Source: Cyanophora paradoxa CCMP329
Taxonomy: Eukaryota > Plantae > Glaucophyta
Assembly: GCA_004431415.1 (NCBI GenBank)
Contig: QPMI01000033.1
Location: 13,545 to 77,544, forward strand
Direction of reading: 5' to 3'
DNA: 64,000 bases
Made by a program: the position numbers and the translations under genes. Under the pieces are notes generated by a model, which searched no databases, was not told where the DNA came from, and saw only the letters and a program-made list of their open reading frames with translations. Shown here piece by piece: positions 59,485 through 64,000 of this stretch. Every line of letters starts with the position of its first letter. Positions within the stretch are counted from its first letter, which is position 1.

Positions 59485-59579
59485 CTTTTCAAAGTTCATT
59501 CTCCCCTCCCCCTTTTCCGAGTTCCGAGTCCGTTGGCGTTCCCTTTTAAATTTTCTTCATTCTCGTTACACGTTCGAAG

Positions 59580-60059
59580 ATGTCGAGCGCGGTAGAGAAG
59601 CTGCTGTGCACCGTGTTCAAATCGGATTCGCGATGCAGCAAGATCGGCGAGGCGGCGAGGGCTAAGGGTGGGGCGGCGGCGGAGGGGCCCAGGGTGAGGG
59701 CGGCGGATCCCGCGCCGCCGTCGCTGAAAACGATCAAGGGGGCGGGCAAGGGCAGGAGCGTGGGGGCGCTGCCCCTCGTGGCGATCGCGCCGGGGCAGAG
59801 GGAGGCGGCGCACGCGGCGACGGCGGCGCTGGCCGCGCGGCGCCAGGCGGAGGCCTACCCGTGCCTGGGCCGGGGGCTGCACCCGCCGGCCGGCCGCCCC
59901 TACGCCGTGAGCGCCTACTTCGACGAGGCCAACCGGCTGAGCTGCCAGGAGCTGTGCGACAACCGCATGCGGCGCGCCGTGGACGGGCACCTGCCGCTGC
60001 TGGTGGCGCTGGGCGGCTCGCTCCTGATGGTCTGGTACCTGCGCGGCCTGGTCATTTAG
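59580..60059 (+). CDS. Cys-containing protein with C-terminal membrane anchor
   Basis: 159 aa; C-terminal LPLLVALGGSLLMVWYL. Confidence 0.7.
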   Translation: MSSAVEKLLCTVFKSDSRCSKIGEAARAKGGAAAEGPRVRAADPAPPSLKTIKGAGKGRSVGALPLVAIAPGQREAAHAATAALAARRQAEAYPCLGRGLHPPAGRPYAVSAYFDEANRLSCQELCDNRMRRAVDGHLPLLVALGGSLLMVWYLRGLVI

Positions 60060-60096
60060 ATAGTTTTTCGAAACCCCGGTTGGAAGCTAGCCAAGG

Positions 60097-60422
60097 ATGA
60101 GCTGGCTCGATGCGCTGCTCACGAAGACCTTCGGCCCCAAGGGCCAGCCGCGCCTGCAGTTCGGCGAGATCAACGCGGCGATTGGCGCCACGGTGGAGAC
60201 GAAGAACCGAGAGAACGTCCTGCGCGGCGACGGAGGCGCGTGGGCCGACATTGCGGCGGGCGCCCTGGGCTCCGCGCTCACCGCACCGGGCAAGGCGGGC
60301 CGCGCGCTGACGGACGGGCCGAGCGCTTCTGGCACTGGCTCAAGGTGGCCGTTGTCATCGCCGCAGCGGTTGTGGCGGGTCTCCTGGTGCTCGAGGCTCG
60401 CGCGCTATTTTCTAAACGCTAG
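60097..60422 (+). CDS. Small protein with C-terminal TM (probable 1-nt frameshift near 60320)
   Basis: The frame MSWLDALLTKTFG.. is followed in another frame by FWHWLKVAVVIAAAVVAGLLVLEARALFSKR*. Confidence 0.6.
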
Positions 60423-60438
60423 GTAAACCGAGCGAACC

Positions 60439-60813
60439 ATGCGCGGCGGCTCTTCCCCCCGTGTTTCCTTCGCTGAGAACCCGGTGGCGAACGCAGTCGC
60501 CCCTACCCCCCTGGAGCCCGGAGTGAAGCTGGAGCGTGCGAACGCAGTCTCCGTCAAGAAGGCCAAGCGCACGCTGGCGCTGGAAGTCCCGGTCGCGGAG
60601 GATACGGAGAAGGTTGCATTCAACAAGCGCAAGACGTACAAGGCGATACGCGAGGGACAGCTGCTGCCCACGGACTCGGTTCCCGGGCTGCCGGGCACCA
60701 CGGCCGGCGAGCTCCTAGTGCGCAACCTGCGCCTGCAGTACGTCTCCCGCCTCCGCCGCTCCAAGGCCAAGAAGGCGCGCCTGGACTCGGGCGATAGCAG
60801 CTCTAGCTCGTAG
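60439..60813 (+). CDS. Basic hypothetical protein
   Basis: 124 aa, GC3-biased and Lys/Arg-rich, with TTTTCTAA upstream. Confidence 0.6.
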   Translation: MRGGSSPRVSFAENPVANAVAPTPLEPGVKLERANAVSVKKAKRTLALEVPVAEDTEKVAFNKRKTYKAIREGQLLPTDSVPGLPGTTAGELLVRNLRLQYVSRLRRSKAKKARLDSGDSSSSS

Positions 60814-60928
60814 GGCTCTGTACTGTTGTATTCAATGCCTTTACCAGTTCCTGTTCCTATCCCAGAGCACGACTCGGGTGAAGGCACGGTCATAGCGAAC
60901 ATGAACTCGGCGAACTTGGCAAAGTTCA

Positions 60929-61122
60929 TCAGGGTTCCCAGGCGGGGATCCTCCAGTAGATCGCCTCGCGCAGCGCCTCGTAGACGCGCATGAGGGAGCG
61001 CTCGTTCTCCGTCGCGAAGGCGTCGCCGGGCTCGTCGGGTCGGGATCCGTGAGCTCGGAGTACTCGTCCGAGCTGCCCGCGCTCTCGGCACCTGCGGCGG
61101 GGTCGGGCGAGGGGTCGGGCAT
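60929..61122 (-). CDS. Small acidic protein (probable 1-nt frameshift at ~61038)
   Basis: MPDPSPDPAAGAESAGSSDEYSELTDPD|PDEPGDAFATENERSLMRVYEALREAIYWRIPAWEP*. Confidence 0.45.
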
Positions 61123-61170
61123 TCTTTGCTGGTAGAAGGGCTAGAAGAGGGACCAGAAAATCACTAGCAA

Positions 61171-61512
61171 TCACGGGCGCCGGAACTCCATCGAGTCGCC
61201 GCGCCAGTACTTGTTGCCGGAGGCGAGCAGCTTCATCGGCTCGCCCGTCGAATCGTGCTTCCAGGCCTCGCCGTCCCAGAGGGCCGTGCCGCCGTCCTCT
61301 AGCTTGAGGCGGTGGCCCGGCTCGAGACGGTTGCCGTCGAGCATGCGGCCGGCCATGAGCGCCAGGTCCCACTCGGTGAGGTTGCGCTGCTCTGCGGGGG
61401 TGAGGCCGCGCTCGACGCGCTCGGGCTGGCGCGCCTCGCGCTCCATGCGGCTGAGGCCCACCAGGAAGAAGATGGGCAGGGCAAAGGCCATGAGATCTAG
61501 CAGGGCCTCCAT
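61171..61512 (-). CDS. Small protein with N-terminal TM
   Basis: MEALLDLMAFALPIFFLVGL followed by a Trp-rich domain (ALWDGEAWKHDSTG..KYWRG). Confidence 0.7.
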   Translation of the reverse strand: MEALLDLMAFALPIFFLVGLSRMEREARQPERVERGLTPAEQRNLTEWDLALMAGRMLDGNRLEPGHRLKLEDGGTALWDGEAWKHDSTGEPMKLLASGNKYWRGDSMEFRRP

Positions 61513-61522
61513 TGGGCAAGAC

Positions 61523-61810
61523 TTAGAAAAGGTTCCGGACCAGGCCCGAGAGCTGCGGGCCCAGGCGCCGGGCGGCGTAGTAGAGCGCGGCCGCCGCCGC
61601 CGCAAGGATCAGCAGGCGCGGCGGGCCGCGCGCCGGCTCCTCCAGCGTCAGGTCCACGGTCTCCGGCCCGCGCGCCGGAGCCGCCAGGATCTCGGGCTCG
61701 GAGCAGAGGGACTTGGGCCCACGGCGGCGGCGCTGCTTGGGCGCCGAGGCGGCGGCGGTGAGAAGGTCCTCAGGCTCCTGCTTGATACCTGCGCAGTCAG
61801 TAAAGTCCAT
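61523..61810 (-). CDS. Small protein with C-terminal TM
   Basis: MDFTDCAGIKQEPED..KQRRRR..TVDLT..LLILAAAAAALYYAA. Confidence 0.65.
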   Translation of the reverse strand: MDFTDCAGIKQEPEDLLTAAASAPKQRRRRGPKSLCSEPEILAAPARGPETVDLTLEEPARGPPRLLILAAAAAALYYAARRLGPQLSGLVRNLF

Positions 61811-62718
61811 GCTTGCTGGGTACCTTGGAAAATTGTGGGAGGCGTCCGGAGATTGCGAACGTAGGAGGGGGGAGAAATGACGCGGACGCAAAAGATTCCG
61901 TCATGGGTTTTCCGTCATGGGCTGGAACTTGGACTCGGGACTCGGCCGGGAATTCTCCTGGTAAGTTCGAGACTTGAACTCGGCGGGTACCCCCTATGTC
62001 CAAATGCCCTAGTGTCCCAGAGTCCTAGTGTCCTAGTGTCCTAGTAGTACTAAGTAGTACTAAGTAGGTGGTATCGATATCTAGCTAGCTAGCGCTAGCG
62101 CTTGCTTAATTAATTACCTGAAAGGTTGCGGAGGTTGCGGACGCGTCACAATTCCGTCATGGGTTTTCCGTCATGGGCTGGAACTTGGACTCGGGACTCG
62201 GCCGGAATTCTCCTGGTAAGTTCGAGACTTGAACAAGAACGACGTACCCCTCCTATGACCGTTCTATACTACATTAAAGTATTCATTGATTGTGAATAAC
62301 GATAATGTCATAGCAACTTCAGTATGATGTCATAGCAACTTGAAATTACCTTCAAGTCGAATAGAGGGGTACAGAGTCGGTACGTTAGACTTGACAAAAA
62401 CACGTGTATTTTTTTACGCCGAGTTTTGCGGCCGAGTCCCGAGTCCAAGTTCCAGCCCATGACGGAAAACCCATGACGGAATTGTGACGCGTCCGCAACC
62501 TCCGCAACCTTTCAGGTAAATGTCAGGTAACTTCAGGTTAATTAATTAAGCAAGCGCTAGCAAGCACTAGCTAGATATCACAGCTCTACCTTGCCCAAGT
62601 TGATGGTATCTAGCAAGGCCTGCTCCTCCAAGTCTGCACCACCACCGCCTCCCAGCGCTAGCGCTAGCTCGATACCGCTCCGGCCTTGATCTCCCTTGGC
62701 TCCAGCCACCTGAGAGGC

Positions 62719-63006
62719 TCAGGCCACCTCCTCCTGGTGAAGCCGGTATCGGTTGCTCTTGTCCAGCTTGAGGTAGCGGTAGGGCGCCGGCGCCGGCCAG
62801 TCCGGCCTGTGGCCGCTTGCCTCCTTGGCTATGTCCTTGGGCCTACGCGGTCGCAGGTCCGCCTTGGCCTTCGCCCTCTGCAGGGGGCCCAGCGCCTTGA
62901 ACTTCGGTGCCTTGGTCGCCGGCAGGGCCTTGGGCTGGGGCTTCTGGGGCTTCTGCATCTTCACCGCCTTGGGCTTCGGCATCCTTGGCTGCTTCGATTT
63001 CGGCAT
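62719..63006 (-). CDS. Lys/Pro-rich basic protein (possible DNA-condensing protein), overlapping the adjacent ORF
   Basis: 95 aa MPKSKQPRMPKPKAVKMQKPQKPQPK..; almost all codons end in G or C. Confidence 0.5.
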   Translation of the reverse strand: MPKSKQPRMPKPKAVKMQKPQKPQPKALPATKAPKFKALGPLQRAKAKADLRPRRPKDIAKEASGHRPDWPAPAPYRYLKLDKSNRYRLHQEEVA

Positions 63007-63246
63007 ACTTCTTGCTCATAAATGAGAAAAGCGCCTCAAAGTCTGCCTTTATCTCCTCCTTGGACCAGGATGTCATCTGATCCGGGTCACCTGAGAACGG
63101 CGCATCGAACGCCACGTGGAGCGATTTGCAGCCTGGGCAATCATTGGCTCGGGCCATGCCAGCTCGATCAGCTGAAGGTAAGATGTTGAGGGCCTTGTCG
63201 AGCTTGGCCGCCCTGGGAGACCAGCTGGGAGATGGCGGGCTCCATG
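62843..63246 (-). CDS. Hypothetical protein with CxxC and acidic tail (probable 1-nt frameshift at ~63213)
   Basis: MEPAISQLVSQ|AAKLDKALNIL..NDCPGCKSLH..WSKEEIKADFEALFSFMSKKY. Confidence 0.5.
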
Positions 63247-63440
63247 GTGGGTAGACTAGCATCAGAAAATGGCGCCAAGTTCGAATCTATTTTTTTACCG
63301 GGAGAGTTTGGGCCCGAGTCCCAGGTCCAAGTTCCAGCCCATGACGGAAAAACCCATGACGGAATCTTTCGCGTCCGCGTCACTTCTCCCCCCCCCCCTC
63401 CTCAGGTGAGCGCTCACCTGAACCTCACCTGAACGGCCTC

Positions 63441-63446
63441 TATAAG
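63441..63446 (+). promoter_or_regulatory. TATA-like box (TATAAG) upstream of the ORF at 63508
   Basis: An isolated TATAAG in GC-rich context, followed ~25-35 nt later by a pyrimidine-rich CA-containing tract and then the ATG. Confidence 0.35.
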
Positions 63447-63507
63447 CACGCGGCACGCGGCGTTCCCCTCACACTCTCAATCTCTCTCAACGCAACCAGC
63501 AAGCAAC

Positions 63508-63833
63508 ATGGCCCTTGTTGCCCAGTTCTTCGTCGAGGAATACACCGTGCGCGTGATCGGCGAGCCCATTGACCGCGAGGTGGAAGTTCTCAAGGACGGC
63601 AAAGTAGACGACTGCAAGGACTGCCCGGTAAGATCCTCCTCATGAAGCTCTCCGACGATGGCTTCTCCTTCACCCTGGTCTCCTGCGCCAAGACCCAAAC
63701 CGGACAGACGGCCTACATCGTGACCTTTCTCCGCGGGGCGCCTGAACTGCACGCATGTTCAAGTACCCGAGTGGGCCTCGTTCTGCGCGGCGATCTCTCC
63801 CTCAGGCCGCTCCCTCGCCTACACATTCTTTGA
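63508..63833 (+). CDS. Hypothetical protein (probable frameshift at ~63625; 3' end uncertain)
   Basis: MALVAQFFVEEYTVRVIGEPIDREVEVLKDGKVDDCKDCP|GKILLMKLSDDGFSFTLVSCAK..; GC3-biased codons. Confidence 0.55.
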
Positions 63834-64000
63834 GGGGTATCAGTGCACATCTGGGTCTTGCGGAGGCAGATGGGCTCCCCCCAGATGAAGGTCGATCAGC
63901 TGCACCAGCAGTGCGGCTACCCTTTAGCCTTGACGATAGGATGATTTCCTTTGATCTTGATGGCTCTGTATCCCTCTGAAATTGAACGCGTGTTTTCTGA

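Larger units (their letters stand above)
61867..63400. repeat. Nested inverted/direct repeat region with eight TTCCGTCATGGG boxes
   Basis: Direct copies at 61895-61979 and 62151-62234; a perfect 91-bp inverted repeat 62114-62204 / 62429-62519; an outer imperfect inverted repeat 61867-61945 / 63314-63400. Confidence 0.92.
46700..64000. mobile_element. Endogenous DNA-virus-like element (left edge approximate; runs off the right end of the window)
   Basis: Visible drop in GC; compact, mostly intronless ORFs; YqaJ nuclease; UL9-like helicase; small orphan membrane proteins; internal palindromic repeats. Confidence 0.8.

Noticed and set aside
60405-60929. Minus-strand ORF MNFAKFAEF.. overlapping 60439-60813
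   Set aside because: Mostly antisense to a better codon-biased plus-strand ORF; it cannot be supported independently.
46915-63833. Programmed frameshifting or wholesale pseudogenisation of element genes
   Set aside because: The breaks I traced are single-base indels, mostly in G/C homopolymers, with no in-frame stops. Similar indels occur in host genes and differ between duplicate copies, so long-read error is the simpler explanation; polishing is needed to settle it.
46700-64000. Assignment to Polinton/Maverick, virophage or a named giant-virus family
   Set aside because: No pPolB, rve integrase, tyrosine recombinase, packaging ATPase, protease or capsid is recognisable within the window.
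1-64000. tRNA, rRNA or snRNA genes
   Set aside because: None recognised by eye; a covariance-model search would be needed to exclude them.

Overview
Eukaryotic nuclear DNA, very GC-rich, with many short (~40-70 nt) spliceosomal introns and unusually frequent GC donor sites. It is most likely a protist or alga; the style is compatible with a glaucophyte such as Cyanophora, but this is inference only. Most long ORFs in the supplied track are GC-rich shadow frames, so genes were rebuilt by hand from exon fragments. Positions 1-45.3 kb hold host genes: a secreted Cys-rich protein, INO80B, bestrophin, two hybrid histidine kinases, an RHD3/SEY1-like GTPase, an F-box protein, a PAP2 phosphatase, a UBXN7-like protein, syntaxin and PRPP synthetase. 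This part includes a ~6.25 kb tandem duplication. Comparing its two copies reveals a 2,190-bp Helitron2/Helentron-type insertion together with its empty site; the insertion carries a Zn-finger/OB-fold-like cargo gene. A perfect 450-bp inverted repeat (45.66-46.67 kb) marks the switch to a lower-GC, largely intron-free, virus-like region that runs off the window. That region encodes a YqaJ/lambda-type exonuclease, a herpes UL9-like origin-binding SF2 helicase (probably fused to a degenerate Prim-Pol domain), a paralogous pair with an F-box-like motif and a cluster of small membrane proteins. It also has dispersed ~50-bp AT-core palindromes that bracket the helicase gene and a nested inverted-repeat control region. 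No capsid, polymerase or integrase gene is recognisable in the window. Many single-base frameshifts fall in G/C homopolymers and may be sequencing errors.
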